Both the position numbers and the translations under genes were made by a program. From a virus, in IMG/VR virus record IMGVR_UViG_3300025834_000002: a stretch of 43,301 nt of DNA; one strand, 5' to 3'. Shown piece after piece: positions 1-9,747 of the stretch. Within the stretch, counting starts at the first letter, position 1. Each line of letters starts with the position of its first letter. The notes under the pieces were generated by a model that was not told the DNA's origin, searched no databases, and saw nothing but the letters and a program-made list of their open reading frames with translations.

Positions 1-127
1 CTATTAACAGCAGCACTAGGGAGCGGAATATCCCCTGGTATATAGGTGGGAGCAATATTAGTTCCTACTAGACCAAATATATTCTTACCACTTACAATAT
101 TACCTGCTTGTAAGTCAGGTTGTGCAC
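1..127. repeat. Exact 127-bp terminal duplication of the contig (1..127 = 43175..43301); assembly overlap of a circular or circularly permuted genome
   Basis: Both ends read base by base and are identical. The repeat lies inside an uninterrupted minus-strand ORF, so it is not a functional boundary. Confidence 0.95.
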
Positions 128-1079
128 TCCTAATCCAGTTAGCTCCTGTTATAAGGGAATTTAAGGGTATCTGTAACAAAGCGTAATTTACTCCATCTGG
201 CCAACCAGCATGTCTTATTGCCGCTATGGCTGGACGAGAATCTTGATAGTCAGCAGTCACTACAGGCATACTACCTTGCATTCCAAACATATTTACATCT
301 GCTCTAAAATTGGGAGGTGCAAAATCTGGGTCATCACAAAATATTCCTTGTAAACCTCCATTACCTGCTCCCAAGTAGGCTCCATTAGGAACTCTTAGAT
401 GTACCCTTCCAGCATTAGAAGCTTGAACAACATCTGCCCTTCTCCACCCTGCATATTCTTCACTCCCCATTATAGGTATTGTCCCTGCCTGCCCTGCAAT
501 AGTTGTATCATTTAATACTTTAGCTACTGGCACAACTACAGCACTTACTGTTTGTACCCCCGCTAAATACTGCCCTGCTGCTATTGTTTGTGCTGCGCCT
601 GAAGGTGTAATAGTTGCTGCTGTTTTACTTGGTATTGTTCCTACCAATCCAGTATCTGATTCATTGCTGAATGGCACTCCCGCTAGTACTTGTGCCGTTG
701 TCGCTGTTCCCTCTGCACTAGCTTTGATAAAAAAACAGCTGCCTGCTGCATTATACCAAACAGTATATGCTTTACCTGCTATCAAATTAGGAGCAACAGC
801 AGTTCCTGCTTTATACAATGGTTTAATCCCTACACCATCTAAATTAAGTGTTGTAGCTGCTGCTCCATTAGCTGCACTTGCAATAAAGGTAGCTTGCATA
901 CCATTTAATAGCTCAAAATATCCAGTAGCAACTGCTATTGCAGTACCTGTCCCTGTCGCTGTAGGGAATGCTCTCAACTTAGCCAGAGCATCTATATTCC
1001 CCTCAATCCTATTAAAACTAACCTCTGTGGGAACATCTACACCCGCTATCCAATTTGTTTTTGGTGCTTGAAAAGGCAT
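1..1079 (-). CDS. Tail fiber protein, N-terminal part (gene wraps the contig junction and continues at 43174)
   Basis: ATG at 1079..1077 overlaps the TAA of the upstream gene (TAATG). The frame stays open to position 1. Translation MPFQAPKTNWIAGVDVPTEVSFNRIEGNIDAL... is Gly/Ala/Thr-rich. The gene sits directly after the Tal-like gene. Confidence 0.75.
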   Translation of the reverse strand, partial: MPFQAPKTNWIAGVDVPTEVSFNRIEGNIDALAKLRAFPTATGTGTAIAVATGYFELLNGMQATFIASAANGAAATTLNLDGVGIKPLYKAGTAVAPNLIAGKAYTVWYNAAGSCFFIKASAEGTATTAQVLAGVPFSNESDTGLVGTIPSKTAATITPSGAAQTIAAGQYLAGVQTVSAVVVPVAKVLNDTTIAGQAGTIPIMGSEEYAGWRRADVVQASNAGRVHLRVPNGAYLGAGNGGLQGIFCDDPDFAPPNFRADVNMFGMQGSMPVVTADYQDSRPAIAAIRHAGWPDGVNYALLQIPLNSLITGANWIRSAQPDLQAGNIVSGKNIFGLVGTNIAPTYIPGDIPLPSAAVN

Positions 1080-4000
1080 TACGTAGCCCTCCTTCCATTT
1101 AATGTTGCTCTCATATAGCCAGCATATGTAATATCCTGCTTAATTACATGAAAGTCACTCTGTCCATTACTATCTACTACCGAAACCCTATCACTTAATA
1201 ATACTGCTGGGTTACCTCTCCACTGAATGCTGGTATCTCTCCTCGAATCTTTTGAGCTTGCCAATAGCTTGTTTGCTATTAGCTGAGCTACTGAAAGGGA
1301 TTGTATTAATGGGTTAGCAGGAAAGGTATATTTCAACTTACCATATTCCGTAATACTAGCTGCATCCTGAGCAATAGCTCGTTCTTTATTCAAAACAGTT
1401 AGTGGTGTAGCTGTTACTACTAACGTAACATTCTGAATAGCTGCATTATTATTCTTAATAGTAATTTCTGCTCCCCATGCATAATATGTTGCTGATAAAA
1501 TTACAACACTTACACCACCAGATATAGCTGCTGCTGCATTTATACAAGGAGCACTATTATAATATATAGTTAAAACTGATGTAGCTCCTGCTGCTATAGC
1601 TATAACACTATTACTTCTATATACTTCACTAGCAACGCTAGGTTTCAAAGGCTGTGTTTCCACCTCAATATAGTTAGCTACTTCAGCAGTGTTTGATGGG
1701 TTATTTTTGGTAAAATACATTTCTCCATCTATAATCAAATCTGAGGTCACTCGGCTTGCTAGGAAAGATGCTCCCTCGATTCTTAGTATATTATCTCTAC
1801 TCATATATACTTGCCCCAAAGCAGCCTCAGCAATCAATCTGAGTGCCTCCCTATGAGGCATAGATGCAAAGTATGAATAGGGAACAATAGAGTTCTGAAG
1901 TTCTGTGTCCACCCAATATTCAGCTGCTATTAACCCTGCATTAGTTAGAACATCAATTGCTAACTGATACAGATTTTTATCAGTCTGAACTTGCGCTGTA
2001 TTATAGTTTGTCTTTCTTAGCAGCTCCAATCTATCAAGTCCTGTAGTTTTAGCATGAACACTATCATCAGGCACTTCCCAATCTCCAGACCAAAATGTAC
2101 CTAAAGGAATCATGCATTTTTCTACAGGAAGTAAACTGTTGTTGAATGGAAGTAAATAAGTTGTAAACTCATCAACCTCTAGTGGTTTATTATTTTGGTA
2201 AGGAGCTAATATTTCAGCGTCTGTTCTTGCTTTATTGGATATACGAAGGTTATCAAAGTACCCAATTCCGCCTCTAAAAGCAATATTGTCAAAGGTCAAA
2301 TCCCCCGCATTATAAGCTCCTGTTAATACAGATACACCATTAACCAATAAAGAATAATTTCCGCCACTTTTCCATGTCCATGTTAACATTGTCCATGTAT
2401 TTGCAGGAATAATAAATGTTGCAATAGAATAGCTACCTCCGTTCCTCATATACATCTGATAGTCCCCAACAGGATTTTTACGAAGTATTAAAAAACGGTT
2501 TGCAGCATTGCCCAAACAAACATCTATAATATCTACATACCCAGAGGAAAAAGTGTAACTTGGCGCTTTGAAATAGATACTAAGTTCACCTTCCACCACA
2601 CTCAGAATCCCTACTGTTGGTATTGTTAGTGCTTCAGGAGAACGTGTGCCATCAGTGAATGAAGTGGCATAGGGTTTTGATTCAAACTGCGCACCCCAAG
2701 CAAGAATAGATTTAGTATTAGGGATATTCCAAATCATACACTCTAACTGATTAACTCCACTTGCTGGCACTGCACAAGTTATAGAAAATCTAGTCCAATT
2801 AGAAAACCCAACGCAGGCTATTCCTGATACATTTTCAGTCACTAACGCATTATTCAACCCTGTAGAAATAGATATACGAACACTATCAGAATCTACATCC
2901 TTTAACCATACGGAGAAAGTATATGTTGCAGAGGGTACACAACTTATTATTTGAGCCACATTACATATCCCGGATACATAATTACCTATTAATTTAGTAG
3001 CAGTATTAGTCCCATCGGGAGCTATTCCAGAATTAGTTATCCTTGTAGCAATAACCCAATTATTAAACAAATTAGCATTCCACACATTATGTGTAAAATC
3101 CTTAGGGTAAGTCAGTAAATTAGTCGTTCCTTCCTCTAACATAACACCTTGCCCAAATTTACCAACCTCATATCTAGGGACATTAGCTAATACTTGTGAA
3201 CCATCTTGCTTGTAAGCTACAGAACCACGGGTAAATGTTGGTACTTTTGTAGCTGCTATATTCTCAGCATATACACCTAACCACGCTTTAATTCGCCTAT
3301 TGGCTTTTATAAGCTGATACAATGGACTTGAAATATTATTAGAATCAAACTTACGAGTTATATTACTAAGTCTAACAGATATTTCATTGGCGCTGATATT
3401 GCCTACAGGTAAACTACCAGAAGATATTTCACGCTCCTCAGTAAGTTTTATTTCCAATAAATCTTCGCCCTCGTACACCTCTTGTATGGAAGTGAAGAAC
3501 TCCATTATCTTTGCTTGCCTACCTACATGACTCCATTTGGTTATTGTTAGTACACTTTTTACTACTGCTGTAACAGCAACTATATCTTTATTCCACGATA
3601 CAAGAGTATTACCAACAACAGTTTCTGTATGCTTCAAAACATCCCCTGCGCCATAAAGCTTCACGGTAAAATCAACAGGATATTCAACTCTTTTTGAATC
3701 TCCTACCACCTTAAACGACCATATTGGTCTACTAAAGAATGCTACTGTTAAAGCAGGGTAAGGAGCTGAGAACGCTCCCCCAACCCCTGCTAGTTTAGAA
3801 CCCCACCAACCCATTTCACAAACACTTTCATACGCTTCACTAGGAGCTAAAGTAAAAGTACCATCTAGCACCCAAGCACCATCTAAAGCTGCATACTTAG
3901 CAAAAGGGATAACAATGGTATCTGAAGTATGTTTCGGATATGAGGCACTTGCTTGTTCCGTAGCTGAGATAACTAAGGACTGGTCAAGGAAAGGGTCTGT

Positions 4001-4090
4001 ATAATCAATTTGAACCTTACCATATACCTTCCTTACAACAGCTTTACACGCTTCATTAAATCCATTTGATACTAAATACAAATCCCTCAC
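1079..4090 (-). CDS. Tail-associated structural/receptor-binding protein (Tal-like, 1003 aa) with LamG/ConA-like lectin domain
   Basis: Large ORF after the tape measure and Dit-like genes. The central segment GELSIYFKAP...FLILRKNP...WTMLTWTWKSGGNYSLLVNGV...FDNLRISNKARTDAEI looks like a laminin-G/ConA jelly roll. A preceding CBM-like segment reads TYTFSVWLKD. Confidence 0.7.
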   Translation of the reverse strand: MRDLYLVSNGFNEACKAVVRKVYGKVQIDYTDPFLDQSLVISATEQASASYPKHTSDTIVIPFAKYAALDGAWVLDGTFTLAPSEAYESVCEMGWWGSKLAGVGGAFSAPYPALTVAFFSRPIWSFKVVGDSKRVEYPVDFTVKLYGAGDVLKHTETVVGNTLVSWNKDIVAVTAVVKSVLTITKWSHVGRQAKIMEFFTSIQEVYEGEDLLEIKLTEEREISSGSLPVGNISANEISVRLSNITRKFDSNNISSPLYQLIKANRRIKAWLGVYAENIAATKVPTFTRGSVAYKQDGSQVLANVPRYEVGKFGQGVMLEEGTTNLLTYPKDFTHNVWNANLFNNWVIATRITNSGIAPDGTNTATKLIGNYVSGICNVAQIISCVPSATYTFSVWLKDVDSDSVRISISTGLNNALVTENVSGIACVGFSNWTRFSITCAVPASGVNQLECMIWNIPNTKSILAWGAQFESKPYATSFTDGTRSPEALTIPTVGILSVVEGELSIYFKAPSYTFSSGYVDIIDVCLGNAANRFLILRKNPVGDYQMYMRNGGSYSIATFIIPANTWTMLTWTWKSGGNYSLLVNGVSVLTGAYNAGDLTFDNIAFRGGIGYFDNLRISNKARTDAEILAPYQNNKPLEVDEFTTYLLPFNNSLLPVEKCMIPLGTFWSGDWEVPDDSVHAKTTGLDRLELLRKTNYNTAQVQTDKNLYQLAIDVLTNAGLIAAEYWVDTELQNSIVPYSYFASMPHREALRLIAEAALGQVYMSRDNILRIEGASFLASRVTSDLIIDGEMYFTKNNPSNTAEVANYIEVETQPLKPSVASEVYRSNSVIAIAAGATSVLTIYYNSAPCINAAAAISGGVSVVILSATYYAWGAEITIKNNNAAIQNVTLVVTATPLTVLNKERAIAQDAASITEYGKLKYTFPANPLIQSLSVAQLIANKLLASSKDSRRDTSIQWRGNPAVLLSDRVSVVDSNGQSDFHVIKQDITYAGYMRATLNGRRAT

Positions 4091-4431
4091 CTCTCAATCA
4101 CATTAAATTTTAAACCTTTCCAAATCATAGCTCCATTTTTATACGTAAGCCCTTCGCAACTTCTATCTCCCTTATAAAAAGTACCTGTTCGTTCTGCTCC
4201 TGTTACTGGGTCAGGATATGAAACTTCAAACAATATTGCTGATACCTTAGCTAATAAGGTAGCTAGCTCAACAGCGGATAAATAAGTCCACCCTAACTCT
4301 AGCTTTCGTTTAGTTGCTACTAAATCAATCACCATAGTACCGCCCGAGTTTCTCTCAGCTTTAACTATATCATTTACACTTGCTTGAAAAACATCAGGAG
4401 ACTTTACAACAACCCCATTTATCTTTATCAT
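4087..4431 (-). CDS. Small tail component in the distal-tail-protein position
   Basis: 114-aa ORF between the tape measure and Tal-like genes with a 4-nt overlap. Called on position only. Confidence 0.35.
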   Translation of the reverse strand: MIKINGVVVKSPDVFQASVNDIVKAERNSGGTMVIDLVATKRKLELGWTYLSAVELATLLAKVSAILFEVSYPDPVTGAERTGTFYKGDRSCEGLTYKNGAMIWKGLKFNVIER

Positions 4432-4432
4432 T

Positions 4433-7066
4433 CTACACCCCCGCTAGAACTGTAACGCCAGTTCTTATGGCTTCTTTACGTAGCGCTGGAAGCATCACAC
4501 GAGCAAAAGGTGCGCCATCCAATTGCAATATAAGCTCTTGTGCTTCTGAGCTAGAATTTCCCTGACCTCCATTAGCAAATTGCATAGCTTGCATAACTGC
4601 GGAAGCTACGGCAGACGCTAAAGAATCAACGAATGAAGTATTCTCTAGAGGCACCACAGCTTCCTTGCCTCTTTCCCCTATCATTGCTAGAGTTGGACTA
4701 TCTACAATACCGCCTTTAGCCAATCTAGGAATGCTAACATCCCCAATAGTTCCTAGATTAAATCCAAAAGTACTCATGCCCGTTAGCTTCTGCAACCAAT
4801 CGGGTACATTTATTTGAATTCTGTTTATAGCTCCTATAATAAAGTTAATACCCCTAATAAAAGCATTTGCAAAACTCTCTATAACACTAATATAGCCATT
4901 TATAAAGCCCTTAATTCCCACCTTAATAAATTCAAAAGCTGTTGTGAACCCACTTTTTATTCCGCCCCAAACTGTAGCGAATGCACTGGATATTGGTGTT
5001 GTAACCTTATCTGTAAACCACTTAGCTACTCCAACAAACACTTCTGATATTTTAGTCCAAGCTCCACTTACACCCTTCTTAATTCCATCCCACAGAGAAG
5101 TGAAGAATTTACCAACTGGTATAATTACCGTATCATGAAACCAAGTACCAGCTGCTTTGAATGCATCAACTATGCTCGTCCATGTCTTGCTAGCGCTCAG
5201 CTTAATACCATCCCATAACCCTTTAAAGAATCCAGCAATAGGAACTATCACAGTATCATTAAACCATTTTCCAGCAGCAAACCAGGCCTCTACTATAGCA
5301 TTCCACACCCCAATTGCAACTCGCTTTACATCATCCCAATGTTTAATCATCAATACTACAATAGCTATAAGAGCGCCTATGGCTACAACTATCAAGAAAA
5401 TAGGTGAAGTTACTAAAGCTAACATAGCTGCAAAAGCTCCTGTAATAATTGTACCTGCAACCATGATTAAATTATATGCAACCAAAGCAATAGAACCTAA
5501 ATTCATGGCTAGAGTAACAGCTCCAAAAGCTAAAGCAAAACTTCCCACCACCAAAACAATATCTTGAATTACAGAAATATTATCCGACATCCAATCTCCT
5601 ATTACTGTTAGTCCATCTGCAATTCCCTCGAGAACAGAAGCTATTACACCACCTGTCCAAGCTGCTAAAGGTTGCAAGAAGTTATCCCACAAATATAAGA
5701 GGTATGGTTTAATAGCTGTCAAAACACTATTCAATATTGTGAATGCTGCTGCTAGCGCATCTAAGAAACTTGGAAGAACCTTTGTAATAACAAAACCAGC
5801 TAAAGGAACAAATATATTTTCATATGCCCACCTTAATCCCTTGAATAAAGTATTAGTGAAAGGAGTTACAGCAACCTTCAACCTATCAAACGCTGCTGCT
5901 AAGGGTTCAAAACTTATAGCTTTTAAGGGAGCTAACAAATCATCTAATAACTTTTTCAAAGGTTTCAAGGCATTAGTAATTGCTGATGTATCAATCTCAG
6001 GAACAGCTATAGGAGGTACCCCAGACATATCCCCCACACCTCCTCCCGCTGCTCCAGCTGCATCATCTAACGCACCCGAAGCTGAATCTGCTAGTGAGGT
6101 AATTTCATCAAAACCTGCTAGGGAACCTTTCATTGCTTTACCAGCTTTCTTGACTGCTGCACCAGTGCCTGTAGCTGAATCTCCCAGAGCTGCTACGGAT
6201 GCTGCGGCTCCTGAGGCTCCACCAGAGCTTGCTTTTACCCCAGTGATTAATTCTACAAAAGCTTTGAAATATTGTGCTGCAATCTGCAACCTGGCGACTA
6301 ATGCGTTCAATCCCTGAAGCACTGGAGTTAGCAATGATATAAAAGCCGAACCCATTGTAGCTTGAAAAGTTTTCCACTGCTCTGAGAGAATCTTCACTTG
6401 GTTTGCCCAGCTCCCAGAAGTTCTTGCAAAATCTCCTTGAGCATCTGCTGTTGTACTAAGTAAATAATTATATCTGAGTAAGGTTTGTTCTGCTTGCGAC
6501 ATTGCTGAATAGTTTTTAGTTATTCCTTTTGCCAATGCATAAGCTTCCATATTTGCTACACTCATATTTATACCTAATTGTCTTAGAGGCTCTGTTTCTC
6601 CTGCAATACCAGCACGTATCTTGTTAAAAGCTTCCTCACCCTTGAGATTATAAAACGAAGCCATATCTCCTGACAATGCAGTAATTCCAGTGGACATATT
6701 ATACATTTCTTTTCCAGTTATACCTGAGCTTTTAAGCATAGCACCCATAGTAGAAGTGAACTTCTTTGCTGATAACTCAGATAAACCATAGCTCTTTAAA
6801 GCTCCTTTAGCAAAATCATCAACATTCTTAGACATAGAACCAAATACAACATCTACAACATTCTGTACTTCTATTAAGTCGGAAGCTATACCTACCGCTC
6901 CTTTGCCAAAATCAAACAGCGACTTTGCTGCAAACGCGGCGGCTACTACTATACCAAACTTTTTGAATGCTCCACCCAGCATTGATTCTACTCCGCCCAG
7001 CTGCTTACCAATACTACCTTTATTTATTTCTAAATCTAAACCAATAGTACCAACATTATCACTCAT
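4433..7066 (-). CDS. Tail tape measure protein
   Basis: 877 aa. N-terminal TP901-type core (LSELSAKKFTSTMGAM...GDMASFYNL...RAGIAGETEPLRQLGINM), central hydrophobic segments and WF-x-D-x-V tandem repeats. Lies downstream of the chaperone pair. Confidence 0.9.
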   Translation of the reverse strand: MSDNVGTIGLDLEINKGSIGKQLGGVESMLGGAFKKFGIVVAAAFAAKSLFDFGKGAVGIASDLIEVQNVVDVVFGSMSKNVDDFAKGALKSYGLSELSAKKFTSTMGAMLKSSGITGKEMYNMSTGITALSGDMASFYNLKGEEAFNKIRAGIAGETEPLRQLGINMSVANMEAYALAKGITKNYSAMSQAEQTLLRYNYLLSTTADAQGDFARTSGSWANQVKILSEQWKTFQATMGSAFISLLTPVLQGLNALVARLQIAAQYFKAFVELITGVKASSGGASGAAASVAALGDSATGTGAAVKKAGKAMKGSLAGFDEITSLADSASGALDDAAGAAGGGVGDMSGVPPIAVPEIDTSAITNALKPLKKLLDDLLAPLKAISFEPLAAAFDRLKVAVTPFTNTLFKGLRWAYENIFVPLAGFVITKVLPSFLDALAAAFTILNSVLTAIKPYLLYLWDNFLQPLAAWTGGVIASVLEGIADGLTVIGDWMSDNISVIQDIVLVVGSFALAFGAVTLAMNLGSIALVAYNLIMVAGTIITGAFAAMLALVTSPIFLIVVAIGALIAIVVLMIKHWDDVKRVAIGVWNAIVEAWFAAGKWFNDTVIVPIAGFFKGLWDGIKLSASKTWTSIVDAFKAAGTWFHDTVIIPVGKFFTSLWDGIKKGVSGAWTKISEVFVGVAKWFTDKVTTPISSAFATVWGGIKSGFTTAFEFIKVGIKGFINGYISVIESFANAFIRGINFIIGAINRIQINVPDWLQKLTGMSTFGFNLGTIGDVSIPRLAKGGIVDSPTLAMIGERGKEAVVPLENTSFVDSLASAVASAVMQAMQFANGGQGNSSSEAQELILQLDGAPFARVMLPALRKEAIRTGVTVLAGV
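4898..5266 (-). repeat. Three tandem ~41-aa repeats inside the tape measure protein
   Basis: WFNDTVIVPIAGFFKGLWDGIK..., WFHDTVIIPVGKFFTSLWDGIK..., WFTDKVTTPISSAFATVWGGIK... (aa ~601-723). Confidence 0.8.
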
Positions 7067-7451
7067 TCTTGTTCACCTCCCTCTTTCCAAAAGCAATTTC
7101 CATACTCTTTTCTAAATTATCCATTTCTAAATTAAACTCTGATTCTTGCAAACTTACCATTCTTCTTTTTTTCCACTCTAAATAAATTTTCTTTTGGTCT
7201 GAATTAAATTGTTTTATAGTTTTAGAATCTTTCTCAGCTCTTACAGAAACAACTTGACCTAAAGGAGTATCTGCCATTAAACCACTAACAAGAACACAAA
7301 ACTCATCCCATGGCATATCTGCTTGACTTCTAATTCTTATACCATATTGCTTAGCTAAACTAGCTTCTATGAGTGCCCAATCTTCTCTTAAATCATAAAA
7401 GCCTTCTTTACTATTTGAGCGCTTTTTGAAATCGAGTCGCTGCTTCATCAT
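7059..7451 (-). CDS. Tail assembly chaperone, downstream frame (gpT-like; possibly made as a frameshift fusion with 7411..7722)
   Basis: Lies between the major tail and tape measure genes. Overlaps the upstream ORF by 41 nt and the TMP start by 8 nt. Confidence 0.6.
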   Translation of the reverse strand: MMKQRLDFKKRSNSKEGFYDLREDWALIEASLAKQYGIRIRSQADMPWDEFCVLVSGLMADTPLGQVVSVRAEKDSKTIKQFNSDQKKIYLEWKKRRMVSLQESEFNLEMDNLEKSMEIAFGKREVNKNE

Positions 7452-7722
7452 ACTCTACATCCATCATACAAGCAAAAATAGCAATTGTTAGAATCTGAAA
7501 GTTAGGCATAGATATTTCACTCAAATTTAATTCCTTAGTAGCTGCTTCACCTAATGCAATTTCTATTGCTGAATTTAGACTATCCCTTTTCGCTTCGACT
7601 GCTAGCTCTTCAAACTTAAGCACTGTGTTCATGCTATTATTTACAGAGTAAAGTGTTTCTCCAATTTGAATCTGCGGTTTGGAAGAATCTAATTTATCGG
7701 TAATATTAATTATTTTAGCCAC
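7411..7722 (-). CDS. Tail assembly chaperone (gpG-like)
   Basis: 103-aa acidic ORF immediately after the major tail protein gene. RBS AAGGAGGTGAAG upstream. Confidence 0.6.
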   Translation of the reverse strand: MAKIINITDKLDSSKPQIQIGETLYSVNNSMNTVLKFEELAVEAKRDSLNSAIEIALGEAATKELNLSEISMPNFQILTIAIFACMMDVEYDEAATRFQKALK

Positions 7723-7761
7723 AAAACTTCACCTCCTTATTTTGTTATATATACGGGGAAA

Positions 7762-7781
7762 CCCGCTGATTAAACAGCGGG
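7762..7781 (-). terminator. Perfect 7-bp stem-loop enclosing the major tail protein stop codon (attenuator or partial terminator)
   Basis: Minus strand CCCGCTG-TTTAAT-CAGCGGG followed by TTTCCCC. The TAA stop sits in the loop. Confidence 0.5.
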
Positions 7782-8246
7782 CACAAATGTAGGTTTTCCA
7801 TCAGATAATATTTCAAATTCTAGTACATCAATAGCTGTGCTATCCCCGCCACCCGGAGAAGTAACATTCACTATACAATTACCAGTTAGCTTAGCCCCAC
7901 TAGGCATTGTCCACTCAAAGGCGCTTTCAACACCTTGCCCAGTTGCTATCAAACAGCTTTGAGCAATGTAATCATTTCCAGCGTCTCCATAAAGTCTCTT
8001 ACCAGAAAAACTAATTGTAAGCGCTTTACCTGTTACCGCCCTGCGCATCCAGCCCTCCTGGTCCATTGGGGTCCATTCTTCTGTGTTAGAATCAATGGAA
8101 GGACTAAAACTTTCTAAATCTTTAATTATTACTAAGTCCGCAGGCAGTGCAGTTCTCCCCATCTTATTTATCTTAAAAAGATTGTTATGCACTGGGAAAA
8201 CTCCCGCACCAGCAACAAACAATTGTAAATTTAACTTATTATGCAT
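7770..8246 (-). CDS. Major tail protein with NLQLF N-terminal leader
   Basis: Position is after the tail completion genes. Preferred start is MHNKLNLQLF (AGGTAGG RBS 7 nt upstream); the track start at 8252 is 2 codons longer. Size ~158 aa. Confidence 0.7.
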   Translation of the reverse strand: MHNKLNLQLFVAGAGVFPVHNNLFKINKMGRTALPADLVIIKDLESFSPSIDSNTEEWTPMDQEGWMRRAVTGKALTISFSGKRLYGDAGNDYIAQSCLIATGQGVESAFEWTMPSGAKLTGNCIVNVTSPGGGDSTAIDVLEFEILSDGKPTFVPAV

Positions 8247-8254
8247 TCTCATAC

Positions 8255-8653
8255 CTACCTTTCATAAATAATATTTAACCTAATACTTGCCTCTACAATA
8301 TTTCTTGAATCTCTTCCCAAATCAAGTGGAGCTGGGTCCAAAAGACTAAACGAGATTATTCTGTGAGTTCCTATTACGACTCCATTAATTCCATTCAGAA
8401 AAGTATATAACCCATTTGCTATGCTTTCACACACATCTGAATCTTCGGTCCAGTGTACAACTATTGATATAGGCAAGTAAGCATACGATGAATTTTGTAC
8501 TCCACCCAATGCAACAATTATAGGCGCGCTTCCTCTTCTATAAACCGATATGCACCTATCATCTTTTGAATTAATAAATCCATTATACATTTTAGAAATA
8601 CTAGGAAACGAAACCTTTAAATACTGCAAAAATTCGCTTGCTCGCAACATCAT
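8255..8653 (-). CDS. Tail completion / tail terminator-like protein
   Basis: Gene order in the head-tail joining block; 4-nt overlap with the upstream gene. Confidence 0.45.
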   Translation of the reverse strand: MMLRASEFLQYLKVSFPSISKMYNGFINSKDDRCISVYRRGSAPIIVALGGVQNSSYAYLPISIVVHWTEDSDVCESIANGLYTFLNGINGVVIGTHRIISFSLLDPAPLDLGRDSRNIVEASIRLNIIYER

Positions 8654-9030
8654 TTTATAACACCTCCCGAAAACTTTCTGAGCATTACTCCAAATATTCT
8701 TTTTGGCCTATCTGATTTATTCCCCGTAATCCAAGGTTCCCACCATTCTCCCTGAGCATTGGTATTAAAAGTTTTATCAAATTTATATTCTGGGTGATAA
8801 TAAAGCCGCTTAGCATAGGGAGCTTCTGTTACTATAGTTACCTTGCCATCAAACATGTCCTTTGTTTCGAGATAGGTAGCTACATTCTGCAAATTACCTG
8901 TATCTAAGGGAATAACTTGCTCTGTAACTGCTTCATGCAAAAGTTGTTCTGCGGTAGCTCTAGTAGCTTTAACTTGTGCTGTGCTTAACCGCTTTATATT
9001 CGCCCAGTTTAAATCTAACTTAGCCTTCAT
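8650..9030 (-). CDS. HK97 gp10-like head-tail joining protein
   Basis: VIPLDTGNLQNV motif resembles the vP.dTG.L signature of the gp10 family; position fits. Confidence 0.5.
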   Translation of the reverse strand: MKAKLDLNWANIKRLSTAQVKATRATAEQLLHEAVTEQVIPLDTGNLQNVATYLETKDMFDGKVTIVTEAPYAKRLYYHPEYKFDKTFNTNAQGEWWEPWITGNKSDRPKRIFGVMLRKFSGGVIK

Positions 9031-9360
9031 TTATACCAACCCCAATTCAATGTGATGAATAGAACCATCTGGGTTTCTTAAATACTTCACCTCAACTATA
9101 TCAAAACTCTTAGGATATTCTAGCAGAGTAAATGTACCTTGCTCTAACTCAGCAATACTTAAAGGTTCCAATATAGCTCTTGCATTGGTAACAATTTCTT
9201 GCCCATCCTTTTTAAAGATACGCTTTCTACTATATGAGAAATTGCATTTACCTACAATCAATTCACCTAAACTTTGTCTTGCTCCATTCTCATTTGGTTC
9301 CGATTGCAATTGCATAGAGAAAGGAGTTACTACGAAACAACTAATACTAGGTAGCTTCAT
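9031..9360 (-). CDS. Head closure / head-tail adaptor protein
   Basis: 109-aa ORF in the connector block. Called on position only. Confidence 0.4.
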   Translation of the reverse strand: MKLPSISCFVVTPFSMQLQSEPNENGARQSLGELIVGKCNFSYSRKRIFKKDGQEIVTNARAILEPLSIAELEQGTFTLLEYPKSFDIVEVKYLRNPDGSIHHIELGLV

Positions 9361-9739
9361 AACTCCTCCCTTTCTTTAAGCCTCTATAGAGCAATCCCAC
9401 CTTATTCAAATAACCCCTTGCTCTCTTGCTTAAATCACTTTCCCTCAATGCTGAATCGGAATAAGTTACTGATACATCTCCTATTGAGTAAGATTTAATA
9501 CCTCCCTCAATAGCTTTATTTTCCGAAGCACTTAACCACAGCTCTACCTGAGCGCATGTAGCAAGCTTTGTAGCTTCGATATGCTCAGCATTGGTATTTA
9601 TATAATTTCCCTCAATTGCTTGCCCTACGAGCTCACTAGCTCTAACTATTAGCCTTTGAGTATCAACGGGAAGAGCGCTATCAAGCACTAAACCTAAATA
9701 CACTCTTAGCTCTTCCCTAGTAGCAAACACAACATACAT
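9347..9739 (-). CDS. gp6-like head-tail connector protein
   Basis: 130 aa, N-terminal ATREELRVYLGL...; first connector gene after the capsid region. Confidence 0.5.
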   Translation of the reverse strand: MYVVFATREELRVYLGLVLDSALPVDTQRLIVRASELVGQAIEGNYINTNAEHIEATKLATCAQVELWLSASENKAIEGGIKSYSIGDVSVTYSDSALRESDLSKRARGYLNKVGLLYRGLKKGRSYEAT

Positions 9740-9747
9740 GATGCCTC

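Noticed and set aside
1-127. The 127-bp identical ends could be biological direct terminal repeats.
   Set aside because: The repeat lies in the middle of a continuous tail fiber ORF that reads cleanly through the junction. An exact overlap of this kind is typical of an assembler closing a circle. I treat it as an assembly artefact unless read-terminus data say otherwise.
664-1071. Plus-strand ORF (135 aa), plus many other plus-strand ORFs in the track (for example 5157..5567, 5739..6317, 10975..11427, 13691..14161, 15010..15426, 28005..28331).
   Set aside because: All lie antisense to long, well-supported minus-strand genes. They lack RBS sequences, and their low-complexity or hydrophobic translations are typical of shadow ORFs in AT-rich DNA.
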